Shown: positions 1 through 8,670 of the stretch, one piece after another
Position numbering within the stretch: position 1 is the first letter of the stretch
How the letters are laid out: each line of letters begins with the position of its first letter
Virus record (IMG/VR): IMGVR_UViG_3300009082_000959
Source: a virus
Lineage: Duplodnaviria > Caudoviricetes
DNA length: 64,000 nt
Direction: 5' to 3' (one strand)
Position numbers and translations under genes: made by a program
Notes under the pieces: generated by a model
Told to the model about the DNA's origin: nothing
Databases searched by the model: none
What the model saw: the letters and a program-made list of their open reading frames with translations, nothing else

Positions 1-606
1 CTACAACCGCTTAAATTATTTTCTCATAAAGATGATGTAAGTGTAGAGAACATAAATTGTTTAAAGCAATTACCTGGCGACAAAATGTGTTCAACGGCAG
101 AATTTGAGGGAAAAGAATACGATATTAATATTTTAAAGAAAGAATGCCCGGCCGAAGTAGATTTATATTTCGGCAAAAATGCGCAGGTAATGATGCTAAC
201 CAATGATCCAAAAGGAAATTGGGTAAATGGAACTATGGGAATAATTAAAGATTTGTCCCCACTCGCAATAAAGTTTTCTTCTGGCGCGACATTTGAAATT
301 ACTCCTTTTACTTGGGAGAGGTCGGTTCCAAGAGTAAAGTTTGATAAATCAATATACAACGAAGTAGTAGCAAAGATGACACAATATCCATTTAGATTGA
401 GTTGGTCATCTACACTGCATAAATGTCAAGGTTTAACATTGGATTATGTAGAACTTGATTTATCAAGATCGTTTGCATGTGGCCAGTCATATGTGGGATT
501 GTCTCGGGTAAAAACAATCGAGGGTCTGACTTTGAGGTCTTGGAATAAAAGTAGTATAAAAACAGATAAAAAGGTTAGGGAATTTTATGGCATCACTAAT
601 AGTTAA
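1..606 (+). CDS. Pif1/RecD-like SF1B helicase, C-terminal part (5'-truncated by window edge)
   Basis: Frame is open from base 1. Contains QYPFRLSWSSTLHKCQGLTLD and GQSYVGLSRVKTIEGL, matching Pif1 motifs V/VI. Confidence 0.85.
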   Translation, partial: LQPLKLFSHKDDVSVENINCLKQLPGDKMCSTAEFEGKEYDINILKKECPAEVDLYFGKNAQVMMLTNDPKGNWVNGTMGIIKDLSPLAIKFSSGATFEITPFTWERSVPRVKFDKSIYNEVVAKMTQYPFRLSWSSTLHKCQGLTLDYVELDLSRSFACGQSYVGLSRVKTIEGLTLRSWNKSSIKTDKKVREFYGITNS

Positions 607-610
607 TGGT

Positions 611-793
611 ATGGATAAATTTGATCTTTCATTTGAAAGTATTAGTTTTATATACTTGAAAGTGTTTAAATATAATTTTCCAATAAAAATGAAAGATAAT
701 AATATTTGTATTGATTACCCAGCACTTGTAAAAGAGAAATATAGTTTATGGCGTAGGATTCGCCAGGAAATATTAGATTTTTTATGTATGTAG
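611..793 (+). CDS. Small protein, member of the 'YIxVFKYN' short-ORF family
   Basis: Contains FIYLKVFKYNFPIK. A 19-nt stretch (697-715) recurs at 817-835 (120-nt period), suggesting a second, decayed copy downstream. Confidence 0.55.
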   Translation: MDKFDLSFESISFIYLKVFKYNFPIKMKDNNICIDYPALVKEKYSLWRRIRQEILDFLCM

Positions 794-925
794 CAATATT
801 TATTAAAAATGGAAAGTAATAATATTTGTATTGATAAACCACGGAAACTATATAAGAGTAATAATGAGACTGTATAATACTATTATTACTACCAATGTTT
901 CCCTTGTCGCATGGTTCATAGTTTT

Positions 926-953
926 ACTATACACGATTTTTGGGTTTTGTCAA
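926..953 (-). promoter_or_regulatory. Sigma70-type promoter on minus strand
   Basis: Reverse strand reads TTGACA-N16-TATAGT. Confidence 0.5.
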
Positions 954-1033
954 GTTTTTTGGTCGATTTTTTTGAGGCTGTTACTCGGGCCTTTTAGACA
1001 TGCAAAGATTTTTTGCTCAAAGGAGAAGAAAAA

Positions 1034-1200
1034 ATGAATAAATTAGGCGGCAAAGAATTTGTATTAATTAATAGAAGGAAAGTGGATCGAAATATAAATG
1101 GAGCCTTGGATATTTTGTTCAGGGCAGCTGGAAATACATCCTATTTTAATGGTGATGTTCAAAATTGCACTGTTAATAAAAGTTAGCAGAAAGGTATCGG
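1034..1200 (+). mobile_element. Orphan remnant of IS607 3' end (tnpB C-terminus + omegaRNA/right end)
   Basis: Ungapped similarity to about 60975-61135 and identical terminal 18 nt TTAGCAGAAAGGTATCGG. ORF 1034-1186 (MNKLGGKEFVLINRRKVDRNINGALDIL...) aligns with TnpB KLGGKEYVLVGGKKVDRDINGALGIL. Confidence 0.85.
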
Positions 1201-1208
1201 CACGCAAC

Positions 1209-1625
1209 ATGAACCTCGGAAAAGTTATAAAAATATATGAAATCATTAAAAATAGATTACCTAAAACTTATCCTCACCCAAAACTCGCCTTCTTTGAGGA
1301 TGAGGATTGCATGTTAAGCAACACTAATTTAAAAAAAATAGAAAACGAAAATGTATATGCGGTATTTTCCCCAACCACAGAAACGATATGCTTGCCACTT
1401 AAAATGACCTTTGAGTATTATGGGAAAAATGGAAAGTATATAAACACAGTTAATTTAAATAAATTCACTGATGTAGAAATTGCTCATACTTTATTGCATG
1501 AGTGTTGTCATATGTATGCTGGCGAAAAGTATGGATATTTTTCAGAAAAATATCATGATGAAAAATATTGTGATACATTTGCGAGTAGGTGGGTAAAGGT
1601 TTTGGTTAAGGAAAAATTACTATGA
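1209..1625 (+). CDS. HExxH zinc metallopeptidase-like protein
   Basis: IAHTLLHECCHMY motif. Start at ATG 1209 preferred because the ORF-track extension lies inside the IS remnant. Confidence 0.55.
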   Translation: MNLGKVIKIYEIIKNRLPKTYPHPKLAFFEDEDCMLSNTNLKKIENENVYAVFSPTTETICLPLKMTFEYYGKNGKYINTVNLNKFTDVEIAHTLLHECCHMYAGEKYGYFSEKYHDEKYCDTFASRWVKVLVKEKLL

Positions 1626-1661
1626 CGCTTTTACATCGATGACAAAATAGTGGAATGGGTT

Positions 1662-1696
1662 GTCGCAACACCCAAAAATGTTGCGTGGATTGAAAC
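1662..1696 (+). CRISPR. Solitary type I-C-like CRISPR repeat unit (no array)
   Basis: GTCGCAACACCCAAAAATGTTGCGTGGATTGAAAC: 5' GTCGC, 7-bp stem CGCAACA/TGTTGCG and 11-nt 3' handle TGGATTGAAAC, as in type I-C repeats. Confidence 0.8.
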
Positions 1697-1758
1697 AACA
1701 GGGCAACAAAAAATAGAGTGAAGAGTAACATTATAATAAATAAAGAAAGGTGGTTTTT

Positions 1759-1923
1759 ATGTCTTTGGCACTTGTAAAATTATCAAAAAAGCGCAATGGA
1801 CGAATATATTATTTTTTGGATTACATTAGTTTAGATGTAGCAAGATTGGGCGTTCAAATACAAGGTGAGGAACACAATAAGAATGAGTGGGCCCTGGCTG
1901 AAATTGTAAGAGAATTTAAGTAA
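1759..1923 (+). CDS. Hypothetical 54-aa protein
   Basis: SD AAAGGTGG upstream; MSLALVKLSKKRNGRIYYFLDY...; followed by a terminator. Confidence 0.55.
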   Translation: MSLALVKLSKKRNGRIYYFLDYISLDVARLGVQIQGEEHNKNEWALAEIVREFK

Positions 1924-1934
1924 TATAATTTATG

Positions 1935-1968
1935 GGTTGCATATGCCTGAAAGCATATGCAGCCTTTT
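1935..1968 (+). terminator. Rho-independent terminator
   Basis: GGTTGCATATGC-CTGAAA-GCATATGCAGCC followed by TTTT. Confidence 0.75.
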
Positions 1969-1995
1969 AGGTATCGAATATATTTATGTTTTCCA

Positions 1996-2024
1996 TTGAC
2001 AATTGTTGACAAACGGTATATTAT
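1996..2024 (+). promoter_or_regulatory. Sigma70-type promoter for tnpB, probably giving a leaderless mRNA
   Basis: TTGACA-N17-TATTAT; ATG at 2032 is 7 nt after the -10 box with no SD between. Confidence 0.6.
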
Positions 2025-2031
2025 TATAATA

Positions 2032-3198
2032 ATGTTCAAATCCACGAAAACTACTTTACGGTTTGCTAATACTGGTAAACGAAATCACCTTGACAGTTTC
2101 CTCGACGAGTATCGTCGTGTGCTTGCGGTTTTCGTGGATTTGCTTTGGTCGCAAGAAAAGGTCCCAGTGTTGTTACCAGCTTCCGTCACGAAACCAATTC
2201 AAACTACTTCGTGGCTTTCCGCGAGAATACTACAAGCCGCAGGAAAACAGGCCAGCGGAATAGTTCGCGGAACTCGTAAAAAGCAACAACAACGAAAGTG
2301 GGTTTACGACAAACTCCAAACCGAAGGCAAATTTAAACAAGCACGAAAACTAAAACGAATTATAGACAAAGTCATTATAACCAAACCAAATATAAATCAA
2401 GTAGAACCAGAATTAGATTCGCGTTTTGTAAAACAGGACTGGACCAACTCAACTACTTTTGATGGGTTCGTGACTTTGTCTTCGTTGGGTAATCATTTAA
2501 AAATTGTGCTACCAGTAAAGCGTAATAAACATTTCAATAAATTGCTCACCGCTGGAACACTTAAAACCGGTGTCAGGATTTCACGTAATGCTTTGACTTT
2601 TTGTTTTGAATTACCTGACGTCAAACCGCGTTCCACAGGAACTACACTGGGAATAGACTTGGGAGTAAAAAATACTATCTCTACTTCCCAAGGATTTTCC
2701 AGTAAGCCCGACAACCACGGACATACACTGGATTCCATCAATACACGATTGACACGGAAAACAAAAGGTTCTAAAAACTTTAAACAGACACAAACACTAC
2801 GAACTAATTACATAAACTGGTCTGTGAATCAACTTAATTTAGACCAAGTTAAGACCGTAAAACTCGAAAACTTAAAACATTTTCGTAAAGGCGTAAAAAC
2901 TTCACGCAAACTAACCCACTTCACCTACACAGAGATTCAAAGTAAAGTAGTAAATTGTTGTAATTTACTTGGTGTCCAAGTAGAATACGTAAATCCTACT
3001 TATACTTCTCAAAGGTGTAGTTGTTGTGGTTGGGTTCGTAGTAGCAATAGGAAAGGCAAACAGTTTAAGTGCAAAGCCTGCGGCTTCGCTGTGGATGCGG
3101 ATTTAAATGCTGCCTTAAATATTGCCACTAACCTTCGGCCTATTGGCCGTGAGGAACGATTGCTCCACAAAAACCGCAAGGGTTTTTACTGGAAGTAA
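2032..3198 (+). CDS. tnpB: TnpB/Cas12f-like RNA-guided nuclease, no tnpA
   Basis: RuvC-I GIDLG, RuvC-II VKLENL, zinc finger CSCC...CKAC, RuvC-III DADLNAA; catalytic D/E/D intact. Start at 2032 (MFKSTK) preferred. Confidence 0.85.
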   Translation: MFKSTKTTLRFANTGKRNHLDSFLDEYRRVLAVFVDLLWSQEKVPVLLPASVTKPIQTTSWLSARILQAAGKQASGIVRGTRKKQQQRKWVYDKLQTEGKFKQARKLKRIIDKVIITKPNINQVEPELDSRFVKQDWTNSTTFDGFVTLSSLGNHLKIVLPVKRNKHFNKLLTAGTLKTGVRISRNALTFCFELPDVKPRSTGTTLGIDLGVKNTISTSQGFSSKPDNHGHTLDSINTRLTRKTKGSKNFKQTQTLRTNYINWSVNQLNLDQVKTVKLENLKHFRKGVKTSRKLTHFTYTEIQSKVVNCCNLLGVQVEYVNPTYTSQRCSCCGWVRSSNRKGKQFKCKACGFAVDADLNAALNIATNLRPIGREERLLHKNRKGFYWK

Positions 3199-3277
3199 GG
3201 AAGCAGTTTATAGTAGCTTCTACCCAAAAACTTAAAAGATGTCCATACTTTTAGGAACTATATTCATATATGTTTTC
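3100..3277 (+). ncRNA. Putative omegaRNA/right end of the stand-alone tnpB element
   Basis: TnpB guide RNAs usually overlap the gene 3' end. Small hairpin CTTAAAAG...CTTTTAGG at about 3230-3255. Boundaries uncertain. Confidence 0.35.
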
Positions 3278-3416
3278 TGTCACCGAGAGTAATGGAAAAG
3301 TTCATGAGTTTGCTGGAATTAGAAACCTTTGTGAAACCGAAAAGTCAGCATTAAAACGAGCTTGGTGGCGCGCAAAGTGGATATCTGATGGAACATTTTA
3401 TGATTATTATAAATAA
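3270..3416 (+). CDS. Hypothetical 48-aa protein
   Basis: MFSVTESNGKVHEFAGIRNLCETEKSALKRAWWRAKW...; open frame between tnpB and the MORN genes. Confidence 0.45.
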   Translation: MFSVTESNGKVHEFAGIRNLCETEKSALKRAWWRAKWISDGTFYDYYK

Positions 3417-3429
3417 AATTGGTGGTTAA

Positions 3430-3789
3430 ATGATAGTATTGCATGACATGATGGTTGCGTATTTGTCTGGTTTGGCGGAAGAAGTTGATGGAGAAATTTT
3501 TTGGGAGAATGTTTCTATTAAACTTTTGGACGCAGAAACAGAAACATATATTTACAGTGAATATGACAGCAATAAAATCAAACGCAGAGAAATGTTAAGG
3601 GTTGGTGAAACCGTAAGTGGTAAGGCTTGTTGGTGGGACAGTAGAGGTCGTTTAGTTGCAGAGTCACTATACAAAGATGGCCTATTAAACGGAACATCAA
3701 TTAGTTTTAATACCGATGGAACTATTAGAAAAAAATCTATTTATAAAGATGGAAAGTTATTGGATATAATCTATGACAGTTTTGCATGA
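3430..3789 (+). CDS. MORN-variant repeat / YwqK-like protein (LHD..AYLSGL leader family)
   Basis: N-terminus MIVLHDMMVAYLSGL; repeats of the type YKDGLLNG...FNTDG. Confidence 0.7.
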   Translation: MIVLHDMMVAYLSGLAEEVDGEIFWENVSIKLLDAETETYIYSEYDSNKIKRREMLRVGETVSGKACWWDSRGRLVAESLYKDGLLNGTSISFNTDGTIRKKSIYKDGKLLDIIYDSFA

Positions 3790-4132
3790 TGCGATGACAG
3801 CCTACTTGTCTGGCTTGACTGCCAAAAAGAATAAAAAAGAAATCTGGTGGCAAGACAAAAATGGATATAAAATTACCGTAGAATTAGTAGATGCTGATTT
3901 AGAGACATATATAGTAAGAGAATACTATGACAATGGAAAACTATGGTTTGAAATGAATTATTGCAAAGACCAATTGCATGGTTTGCTTAAATGCTATAAT
4001 GATAATGGTAATTTAGCGTGGGAATACAATTATTTAAAAAGCCAGCGTCATGGTTTGTGCAAACATTACTATGACAATGGTAATTTGCGGACACAATATA
4101 ATTACAATAACGGAAAACGAACACAAATATGA
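3773..4132 (+). CDS. MORN-variant repeat / YwqK-like protein
   Basis: MTVLHDAMTAYLSGL leader; YYDNGKL...Y.KDQLHG repeats. Confidence 0.75.
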   Translation: MTVLHDAMTAYLSGLTAKKNKKEIWWQDKNGYKITVELVDADLETYIVREYYDNGKLWFEMNYCKDQLHGLLKCYNDNGNLAWEYNYLKSQRHGLCKHYYDNGNLRTQYNYNNGKRTQI

Positions 4133-4560
4133 TACTTTTGTATGATGCACTGACAGCCTATTTGGCAGGACTTACTACTAAACTCAACGAAAAAGAAATT
4201 TGGTGGAAAAATGAATTGGGTAAAAAGATTACTATTGAGTTGGTAAGTTTGCGTTGGAAAAAATACACAGTGAGATATTATTATGACAATGGTAATTTGT
4301 GCTGTGAGTTAAATTATAATAAAGACGACCAACGGCACGGTATGTGTAAATGGTATTACGAAGATGGTAATTTGCACCATGAATTTAATTACTATAAAAA
4401 TCAATTACATGGTTTGTGTAAATCTTATTATGAATACGGTAATATTTCAGAAGAATTTAATTACCATAAAGGCTACCGACATGGATTAAATAAATGGTAT
4501 AATTTAAATAGTAACATAATTTTAGAGGAAAATTACAAACACGGAATACCACATGATTGA
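4129..4560 (+). CDS. MORN-variant repeat / YwqK-like protein
   Basis: MILLYDALTAYLAGL leader; several YYxxGN...HG repeats. Confidence 0.75.
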   Translation: MILLYDALTAYLAGLTTKLNEKEIWWKNELGKKITIELVSLRWKKYTVRYYYDNGNLCCELNYNKDDQRHGMCKWYYEDGNLHHEFNYYKNQLHGLCKSYYEYGNISEEFNYHKGYRHGLNKWYNLNSNIILEENYKHGIPHD

Positions 4561-5353
4561 ATTACTTTTTAGAAACACACTGGCGGAAGAAAACGAATTA
4601 CAAATAGCAAAAAAATATTTTGATATAAAACAGTATCGTTCAGAAATTACTCCGGGAGCGTTGATTATAGGCAGATATTCTGTTCTACCTTACTATAATG
4701 AACTGGAAAAAGATATACTAAAATTAGGCGGCAAACTAATTAACTCCTACGAAGATCATCTTTATATTGCTGACATAAAAAATTGGTATCCTGATTACCG
4801 AGACATAACGCCTATGACTTGGTTCGACCCATCAGAAGCAATACGGTCCGACTTTAACGGTTCCTTTGTTTTAAAAGGCAATGTGAATTCTCGAAAGCAA
4901 TTGTTTAACACACATATGTTTGCTGCGAATAAATCTAATATAATGAAAGTTTATTGCAAATTATTAGACGACACTCTTATTCAATATCAGGGAATTTGTG
5001 TCAGAGAGTTTGTGAATTTAATCAACTACGGCAAAGACCAAGTAACCGGTTGCCCAATATCAAAAGAGTTTAGGCTTTTTATTTTAGACGGCAAAGTTCT
5101 TTCAAAGGGATATTACTGGTCAAATTTTGTTGAAGAAGCAGAAAATCCGGACCCAAACGAAATACCAGAAGACTTCATACAAGACGCAATCAAAAGATGC
5201 CCAGTAAGATTTTTTGCTATTGACTTGGCCCAGAAAACTAACGGTGATTGGATGGTAGTTGAATTAGGAGATGCACAGATGGCTGGTCCATCTTGTAATG
5301 ATTTAGATAGTTTATATAAAAACTTAAAGGAAAATCTATGCAAAAAAGTATGA
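4553..5353 (+). CDS. ATP-grasp protein (R2K-like clade)
   Basis: SFVLKG, ICVREFV, KEFRLFILDGKV, YYWS, FFAIDLAQ...WMVVELGDAQMAG. Confidence 0.7.
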   Translation: MIELLFRNTLAEENELQIAKKYFDIKQYRSEITPGALIIGRYSVLPYYNELEKDILKLGGKLINSYEDHLYIADIKNWYPDYRDITPMTWFDPSEAIRSDFNGSFVLKGNVNSRKQLFNTHMFAANKSNIMKVYCKLLDDTLIQYQGICVREFVNLINYGKDQVTGCPISKEFRLFILDGKVLSKGYYWSNFVEEAENPDPNEIPEDFIQDAIKRCPVRFFAIDLAQKTNGDWMVVELGDAQMAGPSCNDLDSLYKNLKENLCKKV

Positions 5354-6609
5354 CAGATGTATATTTGAGTGTTTTAAAACACAAATGGCATTTAAGTGTG
5401 GCAAGAATGCAATTGTTACCAGAAGAAGAAATTAGATTATATTTAATGCCAACGATTAATGGCTATTATTGGCGCTCCATAGTTATAGTTAGTGGAAGTC
5501 AATGCAAGTATCAATGACATACATTTATATTTATGCACTCAAACATAAATGGTGTCTTAATTTATGTGGTTCAGTATTTAAGAACGAAATTTGTTTAAGT
5601 ATGAGACCGGCAAGGAGCAGTAATTGTTATATTTTTCGTGTAAAGGAAATCTATGCAAGCAACAATGATGTATGTATATTTAAGTGTCCTAAAATATGAG
5701 TGGGGATTAAGGTTGGGGCAAAAAAATCCAATATTACAAAACAACAACATTTGTGTATGCTTGACTCAACCAACAATGTCTGGCGGTTATGGTTATCGTG
5801 AGTATAATTATTTAATTAAGGCAAAACAATGAGACCGATTATAAAGTATACATATTTATATGTATTTAAACACAATTTTGGTTTATCCGTTGATGTTCTT
5901 ACAAAAAATGAATTAGTGTTACTTGCAACACCTCTAAATAACAATGATTATTGTCCCTTTCGAATATTTATTAAGCAGGTAAGATTATGCAAGCAAATAT
6001 GATGAGTTTGTATTTTTATACATTAAAATATAATTGGCATTTAGAGAATACCCATATATCGGTGAAAATAAAATTTACATCGACATTAGACCAAGCGTAA
6101 ATGGTTTTCATTGCTTCCATATTATAATTGAGGGAAACACATGCAACCTAAAATGAAAACCGTATATATTCTTAATTTGAAGCACAACTATTGTGTGGAC
6201 AGCGCAGAAATAATCGATAGCGAAATTACAATATATTTAAGGTCATCCATTAATAGTTTTAAACGGCATACTATTACGATATACGAGGATCAAGCAGCAT
6301 GCAATTAGATATGGTAGATTTATATGTTTATGTGTTGAAATCTAAATGGAGTTTGGAGCGTGAAACAATTATATACGAAAATATGCTTTGGATATATATG
6401 AGACCAAAACTTAATAGTTTTTACCGTTATCGTATTACAATTAAAGGAAATTTATGCAAGAGTCTATGAAAGCCATATATATTCTTAATTTAAAATATAA
6501 TTACCAAATATTTAAAGATAAGATAGTAATAAACAATAATAAAATTAGATTAACTGTTGGTGGAATTCAAGTTGAGATGCATTTAAAATGGAGGAACAAA
6601 GATGATTAA
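5338..6609 (+). repeat. Array A: 8 tandem overlapping short ORFs of the 'MQxxM..YI.VLK' family (starts 5338, 5502, 5653, 5829, 5987, 6141, 6299, 6454)
   Basis: Manual translation, e.g. MQKSMTDVYLSVLKHKW, MQVSMTYIYIYALKHKW, MQATMMYVYLSVLKYEW, MQPKMKTVYILNLKHNY, MQLDMVDLYVYVLKSKW, MQESMKAIYILNLKYNY. About 160-nt period; several have AAGGA SDs. Confidence 0.8.
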
Positions 6610-7201
6610 TAAAGAGTTTGCAAATATAATGAACAATGCAAAAGATTTAACAATTGGGCAAGTATTTAAAATAATTACTCATCTTAAATTCAAAACAGTG
6701 GCCGCCGTTGTTGCTTTTTTTGTGGCGATCGTATCAGGTTCTTTTGTGATAGGTAGATATTCCTATCAAGAAAAAACGGCACTTACCCTCGATAGTCCAT
6801 TTGGTATGAGGTTGCTGATAAGTGAAAAACAATACGAATTCAAAAACCTAATCTTAATGGAAGACCCAATTAATTTGGCAGACAATAGTGTAATACTAAC
6901 TATACGAGAAATACAAAATGCCTTTGATATAGTTCCGATAGGAAAAATAGTTGCACGAAAAGAAAAAATTGAGTTGCCAGGAGTTTTTGGGTTGTTCAAT
7001 TTTAAGTCAATCGGAGTGGCCAAAGCATCAGAAGAGTTTAATTGGAACGGCCACGAGAACGATATGAATTTTAAGGAAGTATTTATTGATAGCAACACTA
7101 TAAACAGATACTACGAAGACGGTTGTATTTTAGAGTATAAAGTTTGCGAGGATAGAAAATCTAACAAAGGTTCTTTTAGATGGATACAACAAAATCATTA
7201 A
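6602..7201 (+). CDS. Hypothetical membrane protein
   Basis: Hydrophobic segment VAAVVAFFVAIVSGSFVIG; SD GGAGG upstream. Confidence 0.6.
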   Translation: MINKEFANIMNNAKDLTIGQVFKIITHLKFKTVAAVVAFFVAIVSGSFVIGRYSYQEKTALTLDSPFGMRLLISEKQYEFKNLILMEDPINLADNSVILTIREIQNAFDIVPIGKIVARKEKIELPGVFGLFNFKSIGVAKASEEFNWNGHENDMNFKEVFIDSNTINRYYEDGCILEYKVCEDRKSNKGSFRWIQQNH

Positions 7202-8629
7202 TGCAGGGTAGTATGAAAAATTTATACCGCGATGTATTTAAACATAATTTTTATGCAAAGGAAGTATATATTATTGAATGTTATACTTTAATTCGGTGTT
7301 TAAATAACCATCACGAATATGAAGTTTATCACTGTTACTTTAAATAAAGGACATTATTAATGCAATCAGAAATGATGAATGTATTTAAATGTGGAAATAG
7401 AATAAATGCTATTTGGATTATGGAAGGATATGTTGATATTTATTTTAAAGATTCTTTTTGGTATTCTTATTTTTTAGGTGCGCTTATTTTGAATAACGGA
7501 GTCACAAATGCAATCAGATATGATAGCTTTATACTGTGATGTATTTAAATGTAATTGTAAGATATCAAGTTATAAAATATTACCAAAATTTCGCGCAAGT
7601 TATGGAACACACAGAAACCACATTAGAGTAAGTTGCGAGGGATCATCACAACATGATTTTTATATTATTTGGTATAAAAAATGATGCAACCAGAAATGAT
7701 AAGATTATATAAAAATATGTTTAAATGTCATTACAAAATAGTAGAGCATTACTTTATAGAAAACAACAGTGATAATAAAAAATGGGTAGTTGTAAGGGCT
7801 AATGGTGGGTTTCCATATTATACTGCTCACTTTATTGAGTGTGCAAATGAATAATATACAATCATTGATGGGAAATAATATGAAAATGCTGTATGCCGAT
7901 GTATTGAATCGTGGCCTTAAAATTGTGAAAGCGCCCATTTTTCGTGGCAAATTTATGTATATTTTCGTCGAGGTTGGTCCGGGAAGAAATGTATGTAGTA
8001 TATTTCGCTGCACAATTTAGGTGAGAAGACAATGCAATTTTATATGAAACAATTATATTGCGATATTTTTATGAGAAAATATAAAATAATAAGTTATAGT
8101 GATGAATTAAGATATGTTAATTCTAATGAAAAAATTATTGAAATAGTTTGCGGTGAGAATGGGTATATTTATCATTATTCTATCCATCACAAATAAGGAA
8201 ATCTACTAATGCAATTTTATATGAAAGTGTTATATCGGGATTATTTTAAATATGGATATAAAATAAACAATGTATATATCGATGATTTATCTAATGATAT
8301 TTTAAATATTTATTGTCATACATGTGAGTATCAAACATATACCATTAGAATTGGCTTTAATTATATATATGACATATGAAAAGTATATAATTAAAGCCAA
8401 TTGATATTTATAAAAGTTTAAATTTATGTATGTTTGTTTTAAAGATTTAATGTAGCTTACTCATATACTATAAGGTTTAATAAAAATGCAATATAGTATG
8501 AGACAATTATATATAGATATATTTAAATATGGAGAAAAGCCAAAAAGTGCTACTATATCACATAAAAAAATTGTGATATTTAGTTCATATGGTGATTCGC
8601 TACTTAGATATACGATAGATTTAGTTTGA
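7201..8629 (+). repeat. Array B: 8 recognisable (+1 decayed) short ORFs of the same family (starts 7201, 7360, 7508, 7684, about 7844, 8032, 8209, 8486)
   Basis: MQGSMKNLYRDVFKHN, MQSDMIALYCDVFKCN, MQPEMIRLYKNMFKCH, MQFYMKQLYCDIF, MQFYMKVLYRDYFKYG, MQYSMRQLYIDIFKYG. Confidence 0.8.
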
Positions 8630-8653
8630 CACTTGTGTTTTTTTAACTATACT
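8626..8653 (+). promoter_or_regulatory. Sigma70-type promoter
   Basis: TTGACA-N16-TATACT upstream of SD AAGGAG and ATG 8671. Confidence 0.65.
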
Positions 8654-8670
8654 ACATATCAAGGAGACAA

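Noticed and set aside
831-1037. 68-aa membrane protein / further tnpB remnant
   Set aside because: Spans a T-rich promoter region. The weak VDFFEAVT vs VDVCEAYT similarity is followed by a stop and a length mismatch, so it may be chance.
1957-2031. N-terminal extension of the first TnpB
   Set aside because: Overlaps the terminator and promoter; ATG 2032 fits a leaderless start.
1662-3198. Functional type V CRISPR locus (TnpB-like effector + array)
   Set aside because: Only one repeat, of type I-C form. No anti-repeat found around the 2032-3198 gene, and a terminator separates them.
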